DNA of 64,000 nt, taken from positions 31,868,001 to 31,932,000 of the forward strand of contig NC_043003.1 in the NCBI RefSeq assembly GCF_006345805.1. The letters run 5' to 3'. This DNA is from Octopus sinensis. Taxonomy: Eukaryota. Of this stretch, positions 24,120 to 37,299 are shown one piece after another (the stretch's first letter is position 1; every line of letters begins with the position of its first letter). Both the position numbers and the translations under genes were made by a program. The notes under the pieces were generated by a model, which was not told the DNA's origin, made no database searches, and saw nothing but the letters and a program-made list of their open reading frames with translations.

Positions 24120-27070
24120 GAAAGAAAAAAAAAACCAAAGAAAACAAAACCTGGGAAGAAATCAAACCTGGAGAAGTAAAATTGAAAAAGAGATTGAATT
24201 TATGAGAGGGGAAATATCAATATTAATAAATGAACTAATGTGGAAATGATGTAAGATCCAGAACAGGAAGAAAGATGAAGAGAAAATTTGGATCCTCACC
24301 AAGAGAAGAACTGATATCAATAAAAGAAACGCTGAAACAAAAAGTCCAAGCAAAAGCCCAAAGAATACGAAGATTTGAGAAGAGAAACAAGTTTTACAAG
24401 CAAAATAAGCTGTTCACATCCAATGCCAAAAAATTCTACAGAGAAATAGGGAAGGAGAAAGTAACCGTTAAAGACCCCCCTCCCATGGAAGAAGTTCAAA
24501 ACTTTGGAAAAGGATTTGGAGTGACAAGAAGACGTACAACATAAATGCAGACTGGATTATACAAACTGAAGGATCCTACCAAAATTTACAACAACAAGCA
24601 TGGGAAGACATCACAATAGCAGACCTAAGAAAGGCACTCACGAAGGCCCATAATTGGAAATCCCCCGGTAAAGATAGGGTGCCGAATTTCTGGCTCGCAT
24701 CGCTCCCGTGCGCACACGGTAAGCTAGTTCAGCTGCTCAATGGAATTATGAGAGACCCAAAGAAAACACCTGAATGGTTAGCAAGTGGCATTACTTACCT
24801 ACTCCCAAAGAATAACGAAACCAACCTTCCAAAAAACTATCGGCCTATAACCTGTCTATCCACCACGTATAAAATCCTAACATCTATCCTGGCGGAGAAA
24901 ACATATGCATTCATGGAGAAGAACGATATTTTCCCCACTGAACAAAAAGGGTGCCGCCGAGGCCCTTACGGATGAAAAGATCAACTGCTAATCAATCGTA
25001 TGATCCTTGAGAACTGTCACAACAAGCGCAGAAATCTCAGCACCGCATGGATTGACTATAAAAAGGCCTTCGACAGTATACCGCATCCATAGATCTTGAG
25101 ATCGCTGGACATCTTCAAAATTTCCCCTGTGATTTCAAACTTCCTGAAGCACAATATGTCGTTGTGGAATACGAATCTCCAATTATACCACTCTAATGGA
25201 GTACTTGCCTCAGAAAATATACATCAACTGTGGAATTTTTCAAGGTGACTCACTTTGACCTTTAATATTCTGCATAGCCCTAATACCCCTTACAAGTGAA
25301 TTAACAGAACAGGGTATGGGTATAAAATTGCCAATAGAAAAATAAGCCATCTATTTTATATGGATGACTTAAAACTTTATGGTAAAGACAATAATGAACT
25401 TGAAGGCCTATTGCGCACCGTGAAATCATTCAGCGATGACATCGGGATGGAGTTTGGACTTGAGAAGTGTGCCAAGGCCACTTTCCAGAAAGGGAAAGTG
25501 AAGACCACAAATTCAATCGTGTTAGATGTTGACACAGTCATAAGAGAGCTTGAGCAAGAACAACATACAAATATTTAGGGATAAATGAAGGCTCTGGTAT
25601 TCAGCATGCAAGCATGAAAGAGAAAATCAGGAAGGAATGTTATAGGAGAGTTCGTGCAGTCCTGAAATCTGAACTAAATGCACGTAACAAGGTGTTAGCT
25701 ATAAATTCCTTAGCAGTTCCAGTTGTTACTTATAGCTACAATGGGTTGAACTGGAATATGAGTGAAGTAAAGAATATAGATAGAAAAATACGCAAGCTGC
25801 TGAGTTGTAATAGGATGCACCACCCAAAGGCAGACGTAGATCGCCTTTACCTTCCCAGAGCCCAAGGAGGTCGAGGCCTGATCCAATTTGAACTAGCTTA
25901 CAAAACAACCACAATTGGACTGGCCAAATATCTCGAAATATCGAATGACTGGATGCTAAGCTCGTGGAAAATCACGAGAGACGAAAGAAGCTTCATTCTA
26001 TCATCAAGGAAAGCAAAAAATTTGCTATTGATCTCGTGCAGGATACCCAAACTGAACAACCCGAGGGAAGTACGGCAACTATTGTTGCAAAGAAGGTGAA
26101 AATGATGGCAATGAAAAAAGCGCACGAGCAATTGGCTGATAGGTGGGAGGAGAAACCTCTGCACGGCAAATATGTGACCCGCAGCAAACAAGCTGAGGTT
26201 GACCAGAAGCAAACTCCATGGGCTGCGGAGCTCAGGGCTAAAAGCAGAGAGCGAAGGTTTCATCCTGGCTGCTCAAGACCAAAGCCTATCAACCCGGAAC
26301 TACCAGGCCAATGTGATGAAAATGGAGCAGACCCAAAATGCCGATTCTGCAACGACATGATTGAAACAGTGGACCACCTAATCTCTGGATGTAAAGTCTT
26401 AGCACCAGTGGAGTATAAATTAAGACATGACAGAGTTGGCCAATATCTCCACTGGCTAATAAGTCGGCATTACAATATCAAAACTGCCGACAAGTGGTAT
26501 AATCACCACCCTGAGGCTGTAACTGAAGGAGAAAATGTAACCATTCTGTGGGACTTTTCTAGTACATACAGACCGAACCATCAAGGCCAATAAACCAGAT
26601 ATTGTTGTGAAAGACCAAAACAATAAAGTTTGCTTATTGATCGACATGAGCATCCCCTGTGATCATAATATCTCAGCGAAAGAGTTTGACAAGCTCAGAA
26701 AATATAAAGACCTACTCATTGAAATTGAGAAAATGTGGCATCTCAAGGCGGTTACAATACCAGTGATCGTAGGAGCACTAGGAATGATCAAGAAGGGAAC
26801 CGAAAATTATATGAGAATGATCCCTGGCTTACCATCCCTGCAAGAAGTGCAAAAGATTGTCTTAACTGGTACATCACACGTATTGAGAAGAGCATTGTCG
26901 ATGTGAGAACTGTTGCTGCTCATGTATTTTAATTTAACTTTAAAAAAAAAAAAAATGAACGAACTACTGAGTTTGGTCTAATGGCCTACCAATATACACT
27001 ATGAGTTTCTTTGCCCTAGGAGTCGGGAAGACACTCGGCAAGAAATGGAAGAAAATTTGAAAGAAGAAAA
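24120..27070 (+). pseudogene. 5'-truncated R4/Dong-like RLE LINE, copy B (RT, CCHC zinc finger, PD-(D/E)xK endonuclease)
   Basis: NYRPITCL, EQKGCR, WIDYKKAFDSIPH, GIFQGDSL, YMDDLKLY, FGLEKC, GGRGL, CRFC..HLISGC, RHD, KPDIVV, IDMSIP, KEFDKLRKY, VIVGALG; frameshifted; TAA repeats at both ends. Confidence 0.92.
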
Positions 27071-27095
27071 AAAAAAGTAATGATAATAATAATAA

Positions 27096-27833
27096 GCCCA
27101 AGACCAAAGCCTCCCCACCAGAAATTACCAAAAACATGATTATGAAAAGAAATATTACAAGTAACTGCAGAATATGTGGAGATGGACAAGTAACAATAAA
27201 TCATATTATCTCTAGCTGCCCAGTTCTGGCTAAGAAGGAATATATTCACAGACATGACAGAGTTGGAACCTACATACATTGGAAGCTATGCCAACATTAT
27301 GGAATAACAACAGAAAAAAGATGGTATAGGCACACACCAGAAAAGGTCACAGAAAACGAGAAAGCAACCATACTGTGGGATATGCCGATACACACAGATA
27401 GAGAAATTAAGGCCAACAGACCAGATATAGTTGTCAGAGATAATGAAGAAAAAAATGCTTTCTAATTGATGTATCAATACCGGCTGATGACAACGTGTCT
27501 CTAAAAGAAATGGAGAAACTCTCAAAATACAAAGACCTGGAAATAGAGGTAACTAGAATGTGGAATCTGAAAACAGAAACAATTCCTATCATAGTAGGTG
27601 CATTAGGCATGATAAAAAAATATTCAGACAAATACATAACAAAAACACCGGGACTTACAAACACATATAACATACAGAAAATTGTACTACTAGGCACTGC
27701 ACACATCCTACGCAGAACACTTTCCGTACAATAACCATCAGAGCATCACAACAAATCACAGCACATACCCAAGGCACACAGAGCTGCGCTCGGTAGTGAA
27801 GTGAAAGCACGCTATAAAAATAAAGCTACTGAA
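27096..27833 (+). pseudogene. 3' fragment of a second R4/Dong-like family, copy C
   Basis: AQDQSL, CRICG..HIISSC, RHD, ILWD, NRPDIVV, KEMEKLSKYKDL, IIVGALG; distinct 3' UTR ending in (TAA)n. Confidence 0.9.
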
Positions 27834-27835
27834 TA

Positions 27836-27878
<43 letters not shown>

Positions 27879-28332
27879 GTAATAATATTAATAATAATAA
27901 TAATAATAATAATATTTTAAAAAGGATTGGCATAAATATATCTAAATAGGAAAAAAGAAGAACCGATGTAAGAATATCATTTTAGCATTTCGAAAATCCG
28001 ATCGGCATTTTACATCTGCTACCGACTGAAATTGCGCTTGCGCGGTGAATTTTGAAAAATAATAGTATATGATGATGAGACATGTGCTATTTGTCTCTAA
28101 ATTATATGTTAATTGTTATGGCACGGTTACTGATGAGTATTCGCCTAGCAAATTATTTTATTTCGTGAAGAAATCGGAAAGCAAGGTATAACCGTAAAAA
28201 AACCAAGGTAAATTTTTATTTTTCATTCCCTTCGAAAATCCCTCTTAAATGCAATTCTGGTCGTTTTGACTGCTTCCTCTAGCGTGTGAAAAATACCTGA
28301 TTTAGGTAGTTTTCTCTTGTGCTTAAATGTAC

Positions 28333-28434
<102 letters not shown>

Positions 28435-28600
28435 TTGAGTAGTTGAATGAATTATCTTATTAAGGATAATTCGAATTAACCGATACCTGGGTAGCAAATT
28501 CACATCAGAAAAGTCACGGTTGAAGTTACATGCCTAGGTCATAGATTACGTGCTTTCGTGTGGAAATTGTATGTTTATTTTTAAAATATAAATATATGAA

Positions 28601-28888
28601 AGAAGGATCTCCAACCATTATTCAACTTTCCGAGATAAGAGAAAACAACACAGCACGGGACTAAGTAAATTAGTTTGGCGTCTGAAAGACAGCAATACAA
28701 CTTTCAAGCTGGAATGGTCCATATTGTCGGTGTCCTTTCCGTTTGATAAGGGCAGAAAACTTTGTGGCATCTGTAATTTCGAACTTTTTCATATTTTGTT
28801 CGCCAAAGTCCCTTTAATAAATACAATCGTCGAGAGGTCATACAGGTGCATGCACTGGCAAAAACACACCTTTCACTCATATGAATAA
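28601..28888 (+). pseudogene. C-terminal half of a PLE GIY-YIG endonuclease (missed by the ORF track, no ATG)
   Basis: Stop-free RRISNHYSTFRDKRKQHSTGLSKLVWRLKD..LEWSIL..KLCGICNFELFHILF..LINTIVERSYRCMHWQKH*; R..NH, LS..W.LK, CxxC..E, N, CxH pattern. Confidence 0.75.
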
Positions 28889-29463
28889 TGATTAATTTAG
28901 AAAACCCCTTGAATTTTAATTAATATAATTTCTTTTTTTATATATGTCACCCCCATAGTCATAATTTTTTTTTATACTTTCAAAGAACTACTACCCAATC
29001 CAGTGAGGTTGTTGCCTTAGTCCCTCTCCCTCTCCCTCCTCTTTCTCTCTCTATTTCCCTCTTTCTATAGTAAGCACAATAAAACACACAGACACAAACC
29101 TCTCGCCTCAATACTGTCTGTTTTCTGACACCCACCCATCCACATACACAATCACGCATACACATACACACACACACACATTGATGCAGTTATATACAGT
29201 CACACACACAGGCACTCATTCACAAAATAAATTAACAAAATCCACCATTCATATGACCTGCACCCTTTCACCTTTCTATTCTTATGCCTCTCTCCTCCAA
29301 CTTCGTTTGAACCCTTGAACCTTTAGAACCTTGTAGATTCTTCTACTTTCAACCACTTTGACGTCACTCCTTATAAAGGAATATTTTAAAGAGACATTCA
29401 TTATAGCTATGGGCTCCGTTTGAGCAATCACCTAAAAGTTTTTTGTGCATTTTGATGTTACAT

Positions 29464-29568
29464 AAATTCCATGCTTTTCCTGATGAGAAAGTGGCATAAT
29501 GTACTCCTTATTCTTTCGCAATTAGGAATATGCAGCTTTCGAAACATATGTCGAAAATAAAGGAATTT
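29464..29568 (+). ncRNA. Type I hammerhead ribozyme (intact core)
   Basis: aaattcc..ttttc-CTGATGA-gaaag..ctttc-GAAAC-atat-GTC-gaaaa..ggaattt; GUC site; palindromic acatatgt stem III. Confidence 0.9.
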
Positions 29569-29603
29569 TGTTAATTCGTCGTTCAGCTCCATTCTTTCAT
29601 ATA

Positions 29604-29649
<46 letters not shown>

Positions 29650-29965
29650 TATGTTTGAAAGTATGTATATGTAGCTTTGTTTATATGTGTATATATATGT
29701 ACATATATATAATATATATATATATCACGTAGTTACTTCAAATTTGTTTTAAAACGTTTTATTACATTTTAATTTCTATCTTACAATTAACTAAATTAGC
29801 ATAGAAAAATAGTTTCATATTTTTTTCTAATTAAGATATAAACTGGCAATATGTGAATGTGAAAGAGATAGTTGAATAACTGAAAACCTAATTTAGGGCC
29901 ACCCTGCGTATAGGTGTGAGTGTGTGTGTGTGTGTGTGTGTATATACATACATATTACATACATA

Positions 29966-30004
<39 letters not shown>

Positions 30005-30494
30005 ACACACACACATAAATATATATATATATATATAAACTGAACTTACGTTGTACAAACGGCAGAAAACTGATTTACAGATTTGAAAATTATATTTTAG
30101 CTGACGTATGATAATATTTCAGTAGCTTAGGGTTCCGTCCTAATTGACTTGTTAAGCAGTTTTAGAAGTGCTTTAACAGGAAACCCACTCGAATATAAAA
30201 GAAAAACAAATAACATATTTAAATGATGCACGTACCTAATACTAAGCAGAACAATTTTAGTGCATCTAATGTAGGTTATTAAGTTTATTTCATCTGTTTA
30301 ATCAGTGGCAGTGCACAACGGCTGATCACATGCACATGTAGATATGTAATCAACGCGTTGTAAAAATCCCGATGAGTGGGCAGCAAATAGCTGGTCGAGA
30401 TGAGGGACAGAGTAAGCCTTACATACATATAGATATATGTATATATATATATGTATATATATTATTTATATAAATATACATATGTATGTATATG

Positions 30495-30555
<61 letters not shown>

Positions 30556-30944
30556 TATATATGTGTGTGTGTGTATATAAGCGCGAGCGAGTTTATGCAT
30601 GTATAACCGTTAAGTGCACGGTTCTTTTTTGCTTCTCTTAGTTTATATTATTTATGATCTTGTATATAAATGAAGATGTATCCTTTGTTTTGCAGTTTCC
30701 GTCACACGAAATGAAAAGACACATTGTGAAACTGTCATTTTAACGAGTTACATCTCTGCACCCTCGGATTCTTCTGAACGAGTTGATAAATATTCCGGCC
30801 TGAGAGATGGATGCTAGGTGTGTCGAAAATGTTGTCGCGATTAAATAAATTCTCGTAACTTTCACTTTCTGTCTTCCATTTACTATGTATATCAGTTTTC
30901 TCGCCTGTTTCTACAACTTAAGTTCAGTTTATATATATATATAT

Positions 30945-31970
30945 AACTCTGCAGCCGAAGCGACTCGAAACACAGTCAGTTTATGGGAAAGAATGCTTGA
31001 ATGAAAGAACTTGCAGAACATGGCTAGCAAATTTCAGAAGTGGAGATGTCACCCTTGCAGATGAAAATCGAATCGGGCGTCCAGTTGAGTTTGATGCTAA
31101 GCTCCTTGAGGGATTACTTGAAGAAAATCTTGCATTATCAGTTGAAGAATTGGCAATAAAGCTTACTTCAAATCATACAACTGTTCATTGTCATCTTGGA
31201 AAGGTTCCTAAACGTGGAAAATATTTGCCTCAGGAATTGTCCGAAGGCAACCGCAAGTCCCGAGTTGACATCTACTCTTCTCTCCATTGCCGCGAACTCA
31301 TTCCACACTTTTTGGATAGATATGTGACTGATGACGAAAAATGGATCTTCTATCGAAATGTTCAACGTCGTAAACAGTGGCTTGGTAAAAATGAAAATGC
31401 TCAACCATAACTTCATGGGAAAAAGGTTCTTCTATCTATCTGGTGGAATGGAAAAGGAGTAATTCACTTTGAATTGTTACCACCGTATGCAACAATCAAT
31501 GCTCAAGTCAACTGTCAGCAATTAGAGCGTTTGAACCGAGCTTTGAAAAAGAAAAGACCCACTTTAGTGAATCGAAAAGGAGTGATGTTTCATCAGGACA
31601 ATACGCAACCCCACATCGCAAAGATCACATCACAGAAGATCGAAGAGCTTGTTTGGGAAAAGATTCCTCATTCACCTTATTCTCCCAACCTTTCTCCTTC
31701 AGACTACCATTTGTTTCGTACTTTACAAAATCATTTGGGGGACATAACTTTCTCAAGCCAGGAGGAAGTTGAAATTGGCATTTCAGAGTTCTTCGCTTCG
31801 AAACCAAAAGAGCTTTACATTGATAGGATTAAAAAGCTTGTAAATAGATGGAAGGAAGTCATAGATAATCACAGAAAGTACATTGATTATCAAATTTCAA
31901 TTAAATATAACGTTTGATCAATTTTTTTTCTATTCAAAATTCGGACATAACTTATGAGATGATCTGATAT
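30945..31970 (+). mobile_element. Decayed mariner (DD34D) transposon
   Basis: ORFs 30997-31410 and 31474-31917: HTH region, VTDDEKW, FHQDN..PH, HSPYSPNLSPSDYHLF; 3' TIR-like cggacataacttatgagatgatctgata. Confidence 0.9.
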
Positions 31971-31982
31971 ATAAAGCAAGTG

Positions 31983-32014
<32 letters not shown>

Positions 32015-33068
32015 TGTATGTATGTATGTATTTTGTGTATGTATGTATGTATTGTTCGTGTGTATCAATTACATCACTTCATTATGAACTGCTTCCTTTA
32101 TGGTCGAGCTATAAGCGATACATTACAATGAGCAAATAAAACATTAGCTTTTGTCTTACTTATAAAGGTTCATGAATATCTAAAACCATATTTATACAAT
32201 TATCATCAGAATAGCAGAGAATATAACGGTGAAAAGAATCAGGTTATACAAAAGAATTTAAAGTGAATATAGATTTAGGTAGCTACTAATTTTATTTGAG
32301 TTCAGCTTTTATAAGCGTTTGATTCTGTAATTTATCATAACGAGAACACGAAGTACAACAGAACCCTTTTGGTGATTTTCTTGTGATTTCGTGCATGTAT
32401 ACACACACATACAAACGCACACACATTCGCACACAAACATACATTCACACTTACACTCACGCGTATCTCTACATATAGAATGAAACTGATTTCATATTCT
32501 TTTTGACAGTTGTGTGTCATTTATGGATAATTTGGTTGTTATATCTAGCAGGTCACGGGACGAAGCAAACATCTTCCTATATAGCTCAAAGTAAACTAAG
32601 TTGTTATTGTTTGCGTCTAGTGTACAAAACATAAAATATATATATGATGAAAGGTATTCCATGCCGACTATTTGTTTATATTAGAAACTATATTGTCTCA
32701 TGTGTCCTTTATTTAAGACTGTACCGTGTAGCTTGAGGGTTTCTTGGCTGCTATTTCCAGTAGTTTGAACTAGCTGGTTGAGGTTCCCCGCGCACTACTG
32801 ATACAACTTCCTATACATTGAAGTTAATTATACAAAATGGACTAAGAAAATTTGTCTGGGGGACATATATGAGCAACATATAAATACAAATACTGGTATA
32901 TGGTATATTGTAGAATATAAATTTCTTAGAATGCGTGTTATGTTTACTAAATGGCAATGGAGAACTGACACATATGAAATGGGGAGATAATCTCAAGAAT
33001 CCAGAATTGTCCAAACCTGGCACGACATTAATTCAAACACAGGCTACTTGTTCTGGGTAAGATAACTC

Positions 33069-33110
33069 TCGAAACGCGTGTTTCTGCCTCAATAGGCTTC
33101 GTTAGTACGA
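33069..33110 (-). ncRNA. Degenerate hammerhead motif
   Basis: tcgta-CTaACGA-a-gcct-attg-aggc-a-GAAAC-acgc-GTT-tcga; G5A, likely inactive. Confidence 0.45.
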
Positions 33111-33414
33111 CATTTGTCCTGACCTATCTTCAGTAATCAAAGGACATTGCCATATATGAGAAAAGTTGAGCACATTTATGGTTTAGACTATTTGCAAAAA
33201 TTATACGAAACAAACTTAGACAAATGTATACGAACAATGCATACAAAGACTGGTATATTATATCGGGTCTCAACTGCCACATTTCGTTATTTAGATACGT
33301 AATCTAGGAGTAGAATGTTGATTTGCAAAGGTATGGTGAAAGTCCACCAAGGCATTCTGTTGTGAAAATTGCCCGGCAACGGCGGGATACAGATTTATTA
33401 GGTGTGTGTGTGAC

Positions 33415-33551
<137 letters not shown>

Positions 33552-33640
33552 ATACATATATATATATTCTCCCGCGCACACACACAACACACATATATGA
33601 TTAGTTAATCATTTTAGTTTTAAAAGAATTACATTTTCAA

Positions 33641-34002
33641 CGGAGGCGCAATATCCCAGTGGCCAGGGAGGTGGGATCGCAGTTTCGATTCCGAGACCGG
33701 GCGTTTTAAGTGTTTATTGAGTGAAAACACCTAAAACTCCACGATGCTCCGGCAAGGGTAGTGGCGAACCCTACTGTGTTCTCTCACCGCTACTTTTTCT
33801 CACTCATTCTTCCTGCTTCTGTCGTACCTGTATTTCAAAAGGCCAGACTTGTTACATTTTCTGATATGCTGAATCTCCCCGAGAACTACACATGTCAGAG
33901 GAGTGCGCAGCTACTTACCCGTTAATTTCATGAGCAGGCTGTTCCGTTGATCGGATAAATTGGAACCCTTGTCGTCGTAACCGACGGAGCGCCACGACGA
34001 CA
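33641..34002 (+). mobile_element. tRNA-derived SINE (family of 8511)
   Basis: Colinear with 8511-8878; 10-bp TSD acattttcaa. Confidence 0.85.
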
Positions 34003-34119
34003 ACATTTTCAATATAGACTACGGGGCACGATTCATACACAGTGAAATGTATGATATACATACACAGGGGTATGAGTAGGCATTTGTATATAGATATATG
34101 TGAATTTATAACACATAAG

Positions 34120-34330
34120 GGGCTAAACATAGAGGTGACAAACAAGAACAGATAAACGTATTAAGTCGATTACATCCACCCCAGTGCGTAACTGGTACTC
34201 AATTTATCGACCTCGAAAGGATGAAAGGCAAAGTCGACCTCGGAAGAATTTGAACTCAGTACGTAACGGCAGAGGAAATACGGCTACGCATTTCGGCCGG
34301 CGTGCTAACGTTTCTGCCAGCTCGCTGCCT
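34120..34330 (-). mobile_element. Meta/MESC-like SINE
   Basis: ggtactcaatttatcgacctcgaaaggatgaaaggcaaagtcgacctcgg..ctgccagctcgctgcc. Confidence 0.8.
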
Positions 34331-34473
34331 TTTACATATATATATACATATATATATATATACATATATTTGTGTGCGTACACATACACACGCATGTGTA
34401 TATATGTGTGTGTGTGTGCGTGTGTTTATGTGTGCGTGTGTGTGTGCGTGTGTGTGTGTGTGTGTCTGTTTGT

Positions 34474-34528
<55 letters not shown>

Positions 34529-35024
34529 CGTCACTGCTGCATCTCAGAAGTCAAGTGCATCGTATTAATAATAAACTTCTAAAATCTATTCAAGAGAACT
34601 TAGTTCAATAATATAAGGAAATAAACAATCACGTTTAAGCAGCCTATCAATAGTTGTTTACTATGCATCAAAAGAAGTACGTGGAAAAAACCGTCGAAAT
34701 AAAAAAAATCTATAACCATATAAAAATTTAAGAGGAATCTTGTAGAAGAATTTCCGCACAAATAATATTATTAGATGTATATATATATATATATATATAT
34801 TAGTATTAGTATTGATGGTAGTGGCCACAGCTTCAGTTTATTTCAGTTCATATCCCGTTTCGGCTGGTTATTATTTTTTGTATTTCATACTGTAGGTCGT
34901 TGCACTGAAATGTAATAAAACATTGTGAATATATGTTCTCAATTCTACAAGAGAAACACTTTGCTTTTCTTTTCGTCGTTAAAGAACGTCTATTGATAAG
35001 TGCATTGTATGTAGAACAGTACTG

Positions 35025-35108
<84 letters not shown>

Positions 35109-35134
35109 TTACTACTATTACTACTACTACTACT

Positions 35135-35780
35135 ATCCTTACTATAATGGCGGTTGTGTCCCTATGTCGGCTGCCTGTCCGTATGCTTGTCCGTCTGTCC
35201 GTCTGTTCTCTCTTCACGGTCAAACGGCTGGACCACGGGTCACGATGTTTTTCGGGATTAAGAGTGAGGTAATCAGGAAAGTCTTTAGCGCAAAAAATAA
35301 TAAGTGCGAAAAAGTATGATTATTTAATGGATGCTGAATTTTGTATAAATATATCACTTTGATTTTTTTGTTAAAATTCCAACGACGAGGATTGACGTTG
35401 GATCCCCACCCCCAACGCCATAGAAGAATATATAGAGGGTTTAGATTTGCTATACTATCCCTTTATTTCCCATCATAGATGGGCAGGTTTGATATTTTAC
35501 TGTAATGGTCATTATGTCCATCTGTCCGTTTGTACGTTTCTTTGTTCCCTTTTCATGGCCAGATGGCTGGACCAAAGGTTACAATATTTTTCGGGATTAC
35601 AATGATTTAGCATTTCAAAATCTGAAAGTATGATTATTCCGTGGATATCGGATTTTGAATTGATAACCCACATTCGGATTTCTATTAAAAATTCACCCAC
35701 CACGAGTAACTCTGGATTTCACATCTTATAGTTCGTGGCTCGATAGTAGATACGAAGGGGGTCGCGAGGACGGTTAATAG
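35135..35780 (+). mobile_element. Non-autonomous Helitron-like element with duplicated 5' block
   Basis: a|tccttactataatggcgg start, (ctgtccgt)n, aacggctggacc; block repeated at ~35500-35650. Confidence 0.45.
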
Positions 35781-35843
35781 CGAAAATATAAATGGAAAAA
35801 GTGTGTGTCAGTATATCGTATGTATAATTATTTAGTAGTTAAT

Positions 35844-36058
35844 CATGCGGTGAGCTGGCAGAAACGTTAGCTCACCGGGCGAAATGCTTAACGTTATTTC
35901 GTCTGCCGCTACGTTCTGAGTTCAAATTCCGCCGAGGTCGACTTTGCTTTTCATCCTTTCGGGATCGATTGAATAAGTACCAGTTATGCACTGGAGTCGA
36001 TATAATCGACTTGTTCGCTTTCCCAGAATTTCGGACCTTGTGCCTAGAGGAGAAAATA
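35844..36058 (+). mobile_element. Meta/MESC-like SINE
   Basis: gcggtgagctggcagaaacgttagc..gagttcaaattccgccgaggtcgactttgcttttcatcctttcggg; TSD-like ttatttagt. Confidence 0.85.
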
Positions 36059-36247
36059 TTATTTAGTTGTAATTTAAGTGTGTCCGTCTCGAGCAGGATT
36101 CCAAACGGCTAATCGAAGCTGCTGAGGTTTACATCTCAGATTTGTCAATCAAAATAACCCATGGTATCAGAACATCCAGACATTATTCGCATAGAACAGT
36201 GAGAGGTAAGTCTTAGCTTTATATTTTGCAACACTAAAGATTCCGCT

Positions 36248-36427
36248 CGCGCATTCACAGCAAACAAGGCAAAGGGCCAAACTTTGGGTCGTGTAGGTGT
36301 ATTTTTACCCACTCCGATATTTACACATGGCCAGTTATACGTCGCTATGAGTAGAGCAAAGTACGTCAGCAATTTGGAAATTAGTGTCGACCAAACAGAA
36401 AATATCGTCTACAGAGAAGTTTTGTAA
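36248..36427 (+). pseudogene. Helitron RepHel PIF1-helicase C-terminus
   Basis: RAFTANKAKGQTLGRVGVFLPTPIFTHGQLYVAMSRAK..TENIVYREVL* (helicase motifs V/VI and the Helitron-type NIVYxEVL end). Confidence 0.85.
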
Positions 36428-36809
36428 TCATATTGATATTATCGAAAGGAATATGATTCATGATTTAAATAAGGAAATTTGCGAACTTTGAATGTATAAG
36501 AGTATATCTAAATAACATTTTTTCTTGATACTTTTTATGTAGCGGTCGAAGGAAACTCTGGCTTTCCTTAGAAGTAGTCCACATAACCATTCATTATACA
36601 GAGGCTGGGAGCCTATTTCATCATCACATGTCATATAGCTGCAGCAGAATGCTGTATCACCAACAATAATATGATTTCTCTAAGACATCACCCAGTAATC
36701 TATCAATTCCATTTACACATTTCTCAATAGATACTGCCGTGTTGACTTCTCTCCCTCATTTTATGCCTCCATCTTAGATGGGTGGATTTGCTACTAATAA
36801 TAATGTTTA

Positions 36810-37240
36810 CAAATTTTGGCAGAAGGCCAGCATTTACGAGTGATATGTAAGTCAATTACATCGACCCCAGTCTTCAATGGTACGTAGTTTATCCACATCT
36901 ACAGGATGAAGAACAAGGCCGACCTCGGTGGAAGATGTTCGAAGATCGTAAAGACAGACGAAGTACTATTAGGCTGTTTACCCGGCGTGTTAATGCTTCT
37001 GTCAACTGGATAATACAAATAATGACGATGGTAGTAATAAAGATTATAATTATTAGCTTCAAATTTTGGTACAAGGTCAGTAATTTCTGAGGAGGGATAA
37101 AGTCGACTAAATCGATCCAGTGATCAACAGTATTAGTTTTACCAACTCCGAAAATATATACGGTAAAGTGGATCTCGGTGAAATTTGAACACAAATCCTA
37201 TAAAGACGGCGTGCTATCAATTCTGCCATGCAGCCTCCGT
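36810..37240 (-). mobile_element. Two tandem decayed Meta/MESC-like SINEs
   Basis: Two units starting aaattttggc/aaattttggt with tcgaccccagt..aggatgaa..gacctcggtg. Confidence 0.6.
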
Positions 37241-37299
37241 AATGATAATTATAATTATTATCAATATCAGGATGTGGTATTTTTCCGTCATCTGATGGA

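Larger units (their letters stand above)
28445..29607 (+). mobile_element. 5'-truncated Penelope-like element with inverted 3' segment and hammerhead
   Basis: 28445-28604 is the reverse complement of the family 3' end (cf. 29592-29607 and ~59095-59260); endonuclease C-terminus; HHR at 29464-29568. Confidence 0.85.

Noticed and set aside
30300-30420. Possible exon bounded by cag and gtaagc
   Set aside because: Stop codons in all three frames
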